This document shows positions 20,501 through 29,442 of a stretch of 41,125 bases of DNA, one piece after another; the stretch's first letter is position 1; each line of letters begins with the position of its first letter. The stretch spans positions 1 to 41,125 of the forward strand of contig JALNLM010000013.1 of NCBI GenBank assembly GCA_023254095.1. Reading direction: 5' to 3'. Origin of the DNA: Candidatus Geocrenenecus huangii (GTDB lineage: Archaea > Thermoproteota > Nitrososphaeria_A > Caldarchaeales > Wolframiiraptoraceae). The notes beneath the pieces are model-generated. The model searched no databases and was not told the origin of the DNA. It was given only the letters and a program-made list of their open reading frames with translations. The position numbers and the translations under genes are program-made.

Positions 20501-21051
20501 GGGTACTGTCAACTTTTACTTAAGGTTTTCTCTGTTAGGTCTTTTGACCTAGTTTACCCTCTTCTATTCATGCATGTCTTCGATTACTTGATCGGCTTTA
20601 TGTCTAGGCTTTTCAGGCTCCATAACTATAGTCTCATTGAGAAGGCGTATACAGCTCTATTTGTTTACTGCTGGATCAAGCCTTAGAGATATATGTGGAA
20701 GGTATTGTTTAACATATGCTTCTAGGTGTAGGTCTATGATGAATGCATTGACCTTCATGAGGAGGGTTCTAAACTCATGTGACGGTAGGCCTGTGGTAGT
20801 CGTTGATAGAGGTCCCTGGTATCCATGGACATTAAAGAGGCTTGAAATAGAATACATCCATGAAACATTCAGGAATAGAAATAAGGTTGAGGGATGGTTT
20901 AGGGAGCTTAAAGATAGGACAGGAGATTCTACAAAAACGTAAACTCTAAGAATGTTAAGAGATTGGAAGAGATAGCGGCAATAACCCTAATACACAACAT
21001 AAACATAAAAACCAGGATGGAGGGAGGCGTATTACCTGGTTGACAGTACCC
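20501..21051 (+). mobile_element. IS6-family insertion sequence remnant (internally deleted)
   Basis: Perfect 13-bp terminal inverted repeats GGGTACTGTCAAC (20501-20513) / GTTGACAGTACCC (21039-21051) flanking transposase remnants. No target duplication seen. Confidence 0.88.
20637..21043 (+). pseudogene. IS6-family DDE transposase, deleted and frameshifted
   Basis: VVVDRGPWYPW.L..L......TF..RN.VE.WF..LKDRT, then a frameshift near 20920 into RRFYKN...GGVLPG-TGA ending inside the right TIR. The first catalytic Asp region is missing. Confidence 0.85.
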
Positions 21052-21069
21052 ATCGTTCCGATAAAAATA

Positions 21070-21110
21070 TTTATAAACCCCTTTAAATATCTTATATACG
21101 AGTTTAAATA
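21070..21110 (+). promoter_or_regulatory. Cluster of four TATA-like boxes upstream of tbp
   Basis: TTTATAAA (21070), TTTAAATA (21082), CTTATATA (21091), TTTAAATA (21103). Confidence 0.55.
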
Positions 21111-21122
21111 GGGTAGGTAAAT

Positions 21123-21704
21123 ATGTCGAGATACGAAAAGACGCCTGAACCATCGGTGGAGATACAGAATGTGGTGGCATCCGTAACGATTAACCAGAGA
21201 CTAGACCTGGCTCAGATCCAGAAGACGTTCCCAGACGTAGAGTATAAGCCGGCCCAGTTCCCGGGACTAGTCTTCAGATTGCAGAAGCCGAAGACGGCAA
21301 CACTCATCTTCTCATCGGGAAAGATGGTGTGCACGGGAGCAAAATCAGAGCAGGAATCAATAAAAGCAGTACAAACAGTAGTGAGACTGCTGAAGAAAGA
21401 AGGATTCCTAATAGCGCAGGAACCGCAAATCGAGATCCAGAACATAGTTGCATCAATCGACCTGCATGGAACCATCAACCTGGAGCAGGCAGCCAACAAG
21501 CTCGAGAACGTCATGTATGAACCAGAGCAGTTCCCCGGCTTGATATTTAGGATGTTTGAACCTAAAGTCGTTATCCTCATGTTCGCCAGCGGCAAGCTCG
21601 TGTGTACAGGTGCAAAAACAGAGAAGGAAGTTTACGATGCTGTCTATAAGTTGAAGAAGATACTTGAGGAGAATCAATTGATAGCCTACGTTACTTCGAG
21701 ATGA
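21123..21704 (+). CDS. tbp: TATA-box-binding protein
   Basis: Two TBP repeats: IQNVVAS...Y.P.QFPGLVFR...LIFSSGKMVCTGAK and IQNIVAS...YEPEQFPGLIFR...MFASGKLVCTGAK. Confidence 0.97.
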   Translation: MSRYEKTPEPSVEIQNVVASVTINQRLDLAQIQKTFPDVEYKPAQFPGLVFRLQKPKTATLIFSSGKMVCTGAKSEQESIKAVQTVVRLLKKEGFLIAQEPQIEIQNIVASIDLHGTINLEQAANKLENVMYEPEQFPGLIFRMFEPKVVILMFASGKLVCTGAKTEKEVYDAVYKLKKILEENQLIAYVTSR

Positions 21705-22330
21705 TCTTTGAATTCTAGAAGGCTTTTCACTCCACCGTACGCCTGAAGCCAAAGAGTTTTCAAAGTCTCATAATCCTCTGAAGTTTTTGTTCGCAGATAT
21801 TCAACATCAGAATGAATGTTAGCATCAGTGAATTGAAGCCCATGTTTGCAATATTCAAAGATCTTACTGAGTGTTCCGCTTCTAGGAGCCTTGTAAAGAT
21901 CAGCCCATAGCTGCTTTACAGCCTCTATAAAATCCTCATAATCGAGTATTCTTTTCTCTATAAGTCCTCGAGCCAACATCGAAGCATTAATATTCATGAT
22001 CAGATCTACTCGAAGACCACGTGTAAATTTAAGAAATGCATCATGCCTAATCTGATTGTCTAATCTTCCAAATGGATCAATAAACATGAGAATCAAAGTT
22101 TTCTCATAATTCTTAATGATCTTTTCTCTCACTTCGTAAAGTTGCTTGTTTGAATCATTACAAAAGATTTCAACATTATCTAAGTTGCCTCCGTCACCCA
22201 TAGCGTCAACTAATTGCTTAAGAATAATACATGTCTGTCTATCTTTTTCGATAAAGAATAGTTTGTCAAATCCTTTCTCGATCTTTTTAAAAGTCTTGAG
22301 ACGGTTACCAATTATTGTCGGCCAATACAA
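21686..22330 (-). pseudogene. Degenerate TcmP-like (three-Cys-motif partner) methyltransferase-fold gene
   Basis: FFIEKD, IFCNDSN, FIDPFG, DLIMN motifs. The SAM-binding D.FAG.G motif is absent, there are stops upstream, and the 3' end runs into tbp. Confidence 0.6.
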
Positions 22331-22391
22331 AAATTAATTTTCATTTATTCACATTAGTTTTGAATTTCTATTTTTCAAAAGCTCTCTTGAT

Positions 22392-23195
22392 CTAAGTTTC
22401 TCCGTTTCGATTATTCCATTCTCTATAGAGCATGTTGAATACTTCTCTATATCTTTTGATGTAATCTGCTAATTGTGTGAGTATTTTTTCATCGTCTTCG
22501 TGGTATGATGTGAATAGTAACCCCATAGCTATGGATGGGAGCTCCTGTGATACGAGGATAGCTCTAACCAATCCTATCGAATGGATGAATTTAAAGGAGA
22601 GGTTATTCCATAAGTCTAATATGTCTTCTACGTTGGCAAAATATTCACGTAGATATTTATCGCAAAACTTTCTAAAACTCTCTCCATGAATATGTTTCAT
22701 CGTTCTCTCCAACCTCTCTAATGAATCTGGATATTTTTCTCTAAGTTTTGGGTTGAGGTCTCTAAAAATATCCAGCAACTAAAGCTTCCAGAGATGACCT
22801 AACTCCAAACGCTATGTAAGGCAACATGCCAGTAAATATCGAGGATATCATCGAATTGAGATTGTAGGAAACTATACTCATTAAAGTTATAGCGAAGCTT
22901 GAAAACTCCCACACTTGCGATATGTCCATAGTAGCATAGATCCAGTCATTATACAAGACTATAAGCTCATGATACAATTTTCTAGCAGGCTCAACAACGT
23001 ATACGGATTCATATATATCTGGTATCATTTCAAAAATGAATTCATAAATTAATGGGTCTGAGAATGCTGCTATCTGCGATATTTCTTCAATTCTGAATCT
23101 CAGGCCTAGCTCTACTAACGTAAGGTAGCCGATGGATTTTTCTTCCGACGGTATGGCAAGAGTTACGCACTCACGGTCATAGACCTTCCCCCTAT
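22392..23195 (-). pseudogene. Frameshifted helical protein, possibly HEPN-like
   Basis: ORFs 22762-23028 and 22392-22778 overlap at a T-run. The frame stays open about 55 codons upstream of 23028 with no ATG. Motifs RSSLE and LWNNLS..FIHS. Confidence 0.45.
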
Positions 23196-23487
23196 TCTAT
23201 AAAATGGAATATTCGTTAGCTTATCGTCACCTACGTCAACTATAACCAAGTACGGGATTATGATGTCAGTATCTACACCAAGATTTTCAAGAACCTCTTT
23301 CGGTAATCTGGTATACAGCATACTAGGCTTGAGGAAGAATAGGTCATGAGGCTATATCAAGCATACAAGAAGCGGGTGGAGATTTTTACGCAATAAGGAA
23401 TTGTTCGATAAACCTCATCCTGGTACGGATACATTAAAAAGGGACATGAACCAAAAATAAAATCAAGAATTAATGAAGATTCTAGGG

Positions 23488-26439
23488 CTATATGCCCATC
23501 CAAGCCTTTAGATTCTGGTAAACCAGTCCATAAATATTTGCTAACTCTCTATCATCTATCTTTATTCCTAACGCAGAAAGGAAACCTTCGTCTATACTCT
23601 TTCTCACGGGATCTATGTTTTGTGGATTGAACTGTTCAGGTAATCTTTTTAATTCCTTTTCGCTATTCTTTTCAAAAACGTCTACGAGCTTATTGATGGT
23701 CTCTATATTGAGCCTAGTTATATCTAACACTGGTTGAAGCCTCCATTTGGTTATAGTGAGCTCTATCCAGCGGCCCCTCGTTTCAATTCTATTAGCCAGT
23801 ATTGAGAGAATTCCCCATGTCGTATTGAACCATAATACAAGCGCATTGAGCATATTCTCAGTTAATTTAATACCCTTCTTGGGCTTCAGCCCGAAAAACA
23901 TGTTACAAACAACTTCATCATTGCAGTAAAAAGCTAAGGCATGGGACGTATCAACCCATATCCTGTCTGGTACTAAGAATTTGCTTGCAGTGTAAAGGTA
24001 TTTTGGCTTGGTGCATATGACTTGAGCATTAGGCTTTAATGCAATTCTTTTTCGCAATTCTTCTTCCCCTCCAATTATTGCTGGAACAGCTTCAGGTATG
24101 CCTTCACTAACCTGTTTGAAAACTTCATGGAATGTTCCTCTTCTTACAGCTAAACCGACGACATCCGCTATTTTTCCTAAAAGTGTTATTGGCAGCTTTT
24201 TTCCACAAAGCTTGCCTGTAAAAATCTCCGCTGTAATACTGTTGAGGCTATGGCTTGGAAAGGCGCATAGCCTTCCCCAATTGTCTAAGTTTTCTACCAG
24301 ATCGTTTCTTGAGAACTTATAAACATATGCTTTGCTTCCATTAAGTTCGATATAATCAGTTTTTTCGGCTCCAATTATTTTGAACGCTAAAGCTCTGGAC
24401 TCCAAGGAAGTTAACGGCTTTCTAAGAAGAACCGTTATCTTCGTTTCCTCGTTTTTGTCCAGTCTCTCCCTTTTCCTTGCAACTATCAAGGCTTCGCTCA
24501 GGCTAGTTGACTCTGAGAAGTTGTAGCCGTTTTCAGCGTCAAAACTTAATACTACATGTTCTAGGTGGAATTTCTCTAGTAAAAGGCATCTTGCAAGGAA
24601 CCAGTTAGTCCCAGAAAGCAGGGACTTTGGAAGGACAAAAGCAATCTTTCCATCGTTTTTCACGAGTTTCGACGCTAAATAAAGGAAAAGTAGCCCCTCA
24701 CCGGCCTGTCCTATATCAAAAAGCTCTTTTCCAAGATCTTTAAATATGCGATTATATTTCTTTCCGACATTCCGAAGTTCACGGCTAATTTTGCTTCTGA
24801 TTTCATCATATCGCTTAGTGACAGCTTTCCTAAAAGCTTCGTCAACGATAAATCCAAAAAGTTCCCCTCCCTTCTTGCCCCCTCTTCCAGTAGCCCTTGT
24901 GAAAGGCGGGTTCATAATGATGAGGTCAAATTTAGGTATACTTTCCACCACATCGCCACCAGTTATTGATGCACTTTCCGCCCCTTCTATGAATTTTAAG
25001 GATGGCTTCTCAGCGAAGAACATAGCTATTGATGGTAAACCTTTGCCCTCAACAAATTCCAATGATCCCAAAGTAACTTTCTTATTCTCAACACCAAGTG
25101 GCACAGTGAAAGTGTTCATGCGACTAACTTGAGTCGTAGGATCTTGAAGGGCAAGATTTGTGGACGCTATCTGAACTGCATATCTTAAAGCATCGATCCC
25201 CCATAGGCTTTCCTCAAGCATTAAACTATGAAAACCTTTAAGGTCTAGCTCACCCTCTTTGAAAGAGGTGTAAATATATAGGTCCTTTAATGCGCTATAT
25301 GCCGCAATAAGCAATGTCCCGCTTCCGCAGGCAAGATCGCCAATTTTGACCTTTTTGAATTTGTTGAAGACACCAGTTTTGGTAAAAACAGAGAGATACG
25401 CCAGAAGATAGGCCGCTGGAACCGTTGTGAAGTATGTCGCGAAGTTTTTTCTAATCGCCCAATCTCCCACAATTTTATGGTATATCTTTCCAGAAAAGTC
25501 TCTTCTAAGAAGGGCTCGTTTTGAAGAACATTTTTCCGCTAGTTCAACTAATTTTTTAATGGCATGATTTAGAGCATCAGGCATAGTTTCAATAACTTGA
25601 ATAGCTAGGTCATAAACGGGTCGATAGTCAACTTTTAATATTTCTTCAAAAGCGTTTTTCAATCCTAATCTGTATCCATATTGCTTACATAACCTGCCAG
25701 CGCTTTCTAGGCCTATTTCTGTTCTTACTGACTGATAGAAAGTTGTGCTTAATAAAATGATTAGCGCTGCTTTAGCATATAAAAGTTCATCTATCCTTTC
25801 ATAGTCGCCAATAGATAACCCGTAAAGTTTATAAAATAAGTTGTAAAGTTTCTCAGCAAGTTTTTTGTTTACATCAACACTCTTAGCCTCTAAAACGAAA
25901 TCATTAATGTTTTGCTCTATCTCTGTTATTGCCTCCTTGATATCCTCTTCACTTATAACAAATTGTAGGGCCTCATTTATTGTAGAAACAAGATCCTGAA
26001 TCCTAGCCTCAATCCATCCTGTAGTCCACCTAGGCAAAGTTTTTTGTCGAGTAAAATAGGCCAGTAATGTGTCAGAGACATCCTCAGGAACTATCACTTT
26101 GACTTCAAATGATGAGACCTTGAGTCTTTTTTCTAACTCGGCATCAGTGAGATTCTGAGGAAGGCTTTCCTTATAATGAAGCGCTATACCTAAATCTCCA
26201 AATCCTTCTTGAATCCTCCTTTTTACATCGTCTTCAGCGTCAGCTCTAGAGTATGATCCTTCTAAAACAATTTTCATGCCGTTAATATATATCACAACAT
26301 CAGGCCTGTCTCCACGTGAAACATACTCGCTTACAGCTTTAATTCCTAATTCTCTACTAAGCAAACGTCCCAGAAGTACATTGAGCTTGGTTTCGAAAGC
26401 TCTGCTACTATGCCAAAGGCTCATGTTAATGCAACCCAT
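23488..26439 (-). CDS. Fused restriction-modification enzyme (type IIG/IIL-like: endonuclease + N6-adenine MTase + TRD)
   Basis: N-terminal RPDV......VLEG nuclease-like motif; YFTT, motif I DLACGSGTLL, motif IV IMNPPF, FVLP; C-terminal TRD-like region. Start probably at MSLWH (26424). Confidence 0.85.
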   Translation of the reverse strand: MGCINMSLWHSSRAFETKLNVLLGRLLSRELGIKAVSEYVSRGDRPDVVIYINGMKIVLEGSYSRADAEDDVKRRIQEGFGDLGIALHYKESLPQNLTDAELEKRLKVSSFEVKVIVPEDVSDTLLAYFTRQKTLPRWTTGWIEARIQDLVSTINEALQFVISEEDIKEAITEIEQNINDFVLEAKSVDVNKKLAEKLYNLFYKLYGLSIGDYERIDELLYAKAALIILLSTTFYQSVRTEIGLESAGRLCKQYGYRLGLKNAFEEILKVDYRPVYDLAIQVIETMPDALNHAIKKLVELAEKCSSKRALLRRDFSGKIYHKIVGDWAIRKNFATYFTTVPAAYLLAYLSVFTKTGVFNKFKKVKIGDLACGSGTLLIAAYSALKDLYIYTSFKEGELDLKGFHSLMLEESLWGIDALRYAVQIASTNLALQDPTTQVSRMNTFTVPLGVENKKVTLGSLEFVEGKGLPSIAMFFAEKPSLKFIEGAESASITGGDVVESIPKFDLIIMNPPFTRATGRGGKKGGELFGFIVDEAFRKAVTKRYDEIRSKISRELRNVGKKYNRIFKDLGKELFDIGQAGEGLLFLYLASKLVKNDGKIAFVLPKSLLSGTNWFLARCLLLEKFHLEHVVLSFDAENGYNFSESTSLSEALIVARKRERLDKNEETKITVLLRKPLTSLESRALAFKIIGAEKTDYIELNGSKAYVYKFSRNDLVENLDNWGRLCAFPSHSLNSITAEIFTGKLCGKKLPITLLGKIADVVGLAVRRGTFHEVFKQVSEGIPEAVPAIIGGEEELRKRIALKPNAQVICTKPKYLYTASKFLVPDRIWVDTSHALAFYCNDEVVCNMFFGLKPKKGIKLTENMLNALVLWFNTTWGILSILANRIETRGRWIELTITKWRLQPVLDITRLNIETINKLVDVFEKNSEKELKRLPEQFNPQNIDPVRKSIDEGFLSALGIKIDDRELANIYGLVYQNLKAWMGI

Positions 26440-26866
26440 ATATGCTCATAAAAAATAAAAATAAAAGCTTAAGCCTTAGTCATACCTGTCGATCCCGAAT
26501 GTTAGAGAAAAGATTTTAGGCATTTAGGCTCCCGCTTTCCGCCTTAACCCTGTAACATATTGTGCACATCTTGGATAGCATTAGTCTGAATTGCTTTGCG
26601 TTTAAGCTTCACGTAATGCCATGTCTCAACAGTCAACATGATAATAACTGTTAAAGAGAACTAACTAAAATGTTCAAGATTTTATCAATGGAATATTATT
26701 TCAAAAGGTTTAATTCTACTGTAGAGTCTAATGAATGTTCTCACCTGAACTCGTACGCTAATGTTATCTAAGAGCCATTAAATCACCACTTTAGATATCC
26801 TTGAACCTCAAAGGGCCTAAGAATCCCATTTACGGCATTCTTTATTGTAGTAATGAACCGGGGCGT

Positions 26867-26911
26867 GGTTTGGGCAAATTTGCCTAAACCGTGGACAACC
26901 TTCCCCACGGT
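26867..26911. repeat. Two adjoining inverted repeats
   Basis: GGTTTGGGCAAA/TTTGCCTAAACC (24 nt, one mismatch) overlapping ACCGTGG-N10-CCACGGT. Confidence 0.7.
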
Positions 26912-27071
26912 ATGGGCTTTAAAATCGAGTGCATGCTCATCCGCTTTTGGAATGCCATGTTCATGGTTGTTAGAAATGGGAGGTGTAGGCTAGTGGCGAG
27001 GGGGATTCGGTTCGCGGGCGATCTGAACATACTCGTGAAGTATTATGTTTGCGAGTTCGAGGAGGGGTGCC

Positions 27072-27179
27072 ATGAGCGTGCTATCCCAGCTGAGTAGAGT
27101 GGACTCGGAAACCTATGAGAGGCTTAAGTTAATAAACCCCCGAGGTAAAGAGCTTCAGCACTCTGTGAACAGAAATTAA
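27072..27179 (+). pseudogene. Decayed VapB/RHH-type antitoxin-like fragment
   Basis: Strong RBS GGAGGGGTG; MSVLSQLSRVDSETYERLKL with KSFS in a shifted frame, resembling 'V..ETYERL..LK...ESFS'. Confidence 0.35.
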
Positions 27180-27272
27180 GTTTTCAGAAAAATTTACTAA
27201 CGCCTCGATATAGAGTGCATCGGACAACAATTTAATTAATGACTGGTAATTTTACTTGTATGGGGGGTTAAA

Positions 27273-27586
27273 ATGCCAACCAGAACGTGGAGTGAAGAAT
27301 TAGTCGCAGAATGGCTACACTTACAGGATTATTTTGTTGAGGTTTCTGTTCCGATAAGAACTACAGAGCCAGGGGGGAGATTTGAGGCTGATGTTTTTAG
27401 GGGGTTAAGATTGAAAATGGAGTCCTTAAAATAATACATGTAGAAGTTGGTAGTCTATCAAATAGACCGAAAGTAAACATTAGAAAGGTTCAGAAAAAGT
27501 TTAATGATGAAAATCGAAAGGCTATCGAGGATTATTGTAAGAAGAAGCTCGGTTTTGATGGAGAGATAAATTATACGCATGCTTAA
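27273..27586 (+). pseudogene. Frameshifted PD-(D/E)XK-like nuclease gene
   Basis: MPTRTWSEELVAEWLHLQDYFVE...GGRFEADV, frameshift in TTTTTAGGGGG (about 27394-27404), then GVKIENGVLKIIHVEVG...NYTHA-TAA. Missed by the ORF track. Confidence 0.6.
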
Positions 27587-27592
27587 GCTAAT

Positions 27593-28243
27593 CTACTTTA
27601 ATTGTATTTTCAGTTCTACTTGCTGTCCTATCTCTGGAGCATTAAGACTATGTCTAGCTACAGTTACCGAAGATTCTAGCCTAGGGTCGTAGATGGAGAT
27701 CCATGGAACAAGATTGCTGAATTCCACGGCAAGTTTCGCAGATACCCATACAGGGGCCATAACGTATATTATCATAGGCTTTGAAGGATCTACTGCTCTT
27801 TTTATATCCCACCACCGTATCCTCTTTAACTCGGAGGGTTCTGCAAAAGCGCCTTCTAGAAGTTCAGCTCTAAGAAGCTGGATTGAGCCCAGCTTAATTA
27901 AGCCAACATCTATTCTCCCATCAGCACCAAGCTTAACCTCTTTAAGTAAGCCAGCCTCAATATCTACTCCGAGACCTACATCTTTTTCATTCACGGAAGA
28001 GATAACGATTCCCATATTTGCTCTCGGCTCATAGGTCGCCAATATACGTGCAAAATGGTAATGGTGAGCTAGAAATGCATAGAGCCATTGGGGGCCACGT
28101 CCACTGATTATTAAAGGCTTAGATGGATCCACCTCGACAAGCTGGACCCCTCTTAGATCGCTTGGCTCTAGAAGCCCACTTATAGTGAATTCTAGAATCT
28201 GGACTTTCCCAGTCTTCAGAGAGAACCTTATTTTTTCATTCAA
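27593..28243 (-). CDS. csx3: Tandem double-domain Csx3/Crn3 ring nuclease-like protein
   Basis: Domain 1 ISGRGPQWLYAFLAHHYH...YEPR; domain 2 ...APVWV...YDPRL...VARH; both contain EPS(D/E)L and VDPSKP.II. Close to the cmr operon. Confidence 0.88.
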   Translation of the reverse strand: MNEKIRFSLKTGKVQILEFTISGLLEPSDLRGVQLVEVDPSKPLIISGRGPQWLYAFLAHHYHFARILATYEPRANMGIVISSVNEKDVGLGVDIEAGLLKEVKLGADGRIDVGLIKLGSIQLLRAELLEGAFAEPSELKRIRWWDIKRAVDPSKPMIIYVMAPVWVSAKLAVEFSNLVPWISIYDPRLESSVTVARHSLNAPEIGQQVELKIQLK

Positions 28244-28308
28244 ATGCTATCCAATTGTTAAGCAGTCCCGATATAGATAAACCTTATCAGCTAGAGAGTT
28301 GCTACTAA

Positions 28309-29442
28309 ATGATGATCTTCAACCTTAAGCCTGAATGGGTGGAGCCAAGCTTTAGCATATATTACCTCGATATAGTATACTCCTATCCAGCTATATTGGA
28401 GGTGGATTTTCTATCAATCTTTAAGGGAGCTCTCTTATCAGTCGAGGTAGAAAATGAACCAACAAATATCCCTAGAAAATCTTTAAAATATTTCGTGAAC
28501 GGTGTCTGTAGATATCCCGTAGTATATTTTAGTATTAACTCTTCTTCCGACAAAGACGAAACAGAAAGTGACACAAAATGGGTACGTGAAAGTGGTATTA
28601 CGATACCGACGTTAGTAGACTGCCAAACTATGAAAGAGCAGCTTAGAAATTTCTTGGAGAATAATAGATCCACCATCATTCAGAAGAAGAATGAAAGAAG
28701 TCAACTATTCACTATCGATAACTTCCTGTGTGCACTTCTAGTCTATAGTTCTCCCTTGATCTGTGATATCCTTCTAATGAAAAGTAGCATCCTAGAACAT
28801 GTCCTAAATTCTTTTGAAGTAGCTGGGTTTAGAGCCAGCTTAATAAAGAAAGCAAAACTTTTAGAAAAAAGAGATGATGGGTGGAGATCCAATAATGGAG
28901 GAACTTGTAATCCATCCATCGAGAATCAAGCTAAAGAGAAGTTTCAAAGTATAAGATCTATAATAATGATAATCCCAATAGTGAGAAGCATGTACTTTCA
29001 TACAGAGTTAAAAAGGTTTATAGAGGAAAAAGGTGACATAAAATGTCTATTTCCAAATCTAGAAAAACTAGTCTTCGTATACACTAAAGAGAGTTGTGAA
29101 GACGCAAAGACGATAATATCGGTAGTCATGGGAAAGAATAGAAACGACATCCAGACTGACAAAAGAGAAGTAAATAAAAATGAAATTGGTGAGATTGTTA
29201 AGAATCTTGCAGCATACGAGCTCCCTAAAGACGTATTGATATTAACTATTGGCGAAGTCCCGAAGAGTGAGCTCATAAAGTTTATAGATCCGATCTTAAA
29301 CACTAGGCTTGGAATATTATTATGGAGGCTTAATGTATACAAAGAGAAATTAGAAAAGTTTATTGAAGAAGCTTTGAATTGTAAAAAAGTTTCGGATGTC
29401 GGGGGCATCGAGAAGATTGAACTCCAATTGCTCGAGATATGA
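28309..29442 (+). CDS. Uncharacterised CRISPR-associated protein: putative N-terminal CHAT fragment + C-terminal CARF-like domain
   Basis: C-terminal region has CARF-like elements FPNLEKLVFVYTKES.E.AK.I and VLILTIGEVPKSE. N-terminal LDIVYSYPAILEVDFLSI...KYF....YPVVY resembles the CHAT N-terminal L.IVPDG.L..LPF.AL...YL....I.Y pattern. Confidence 0.55.
   Translation: MMIFNLKPEWVEPSFSIYYLDIVYSYPAILEVDFLSIFKGALLSVEVENEPTNIPRKSLKYFVNGVCRYPVVYFSINSSSDKDETESDTKWVRESGITIPTLVDCQTMKEQLRNFLENNRSTIIQKKNERSQLFTIDNFLCALLVYSSPLICDILLMKSSILEHVLNSFEVAGFRASLIKKAKLLEKRDDGWRSNNGGTCNPSIENQAKEKFQSIRSIIMIIPIVRSMYFHTELKRFIEEKGDIKCLFPNLEKLVFVYTKESCEDAKTIISVVMGKNRNDIQTDKREVNKNEIGEIVKNLAAYELPKDVLILTIGEVPKSELIKFIDPILNTRLGILLWRLNVYKEKLEKFIEEALNCKKVSDVGGIEKIELQLLEI

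Noticed and set aside
20929-21180. 83-aa minus-strand ORF spanning the IS end and tbp start
   Set aside because: Crosses a TIR and promoter and overlaps tbp antisense; spurious.
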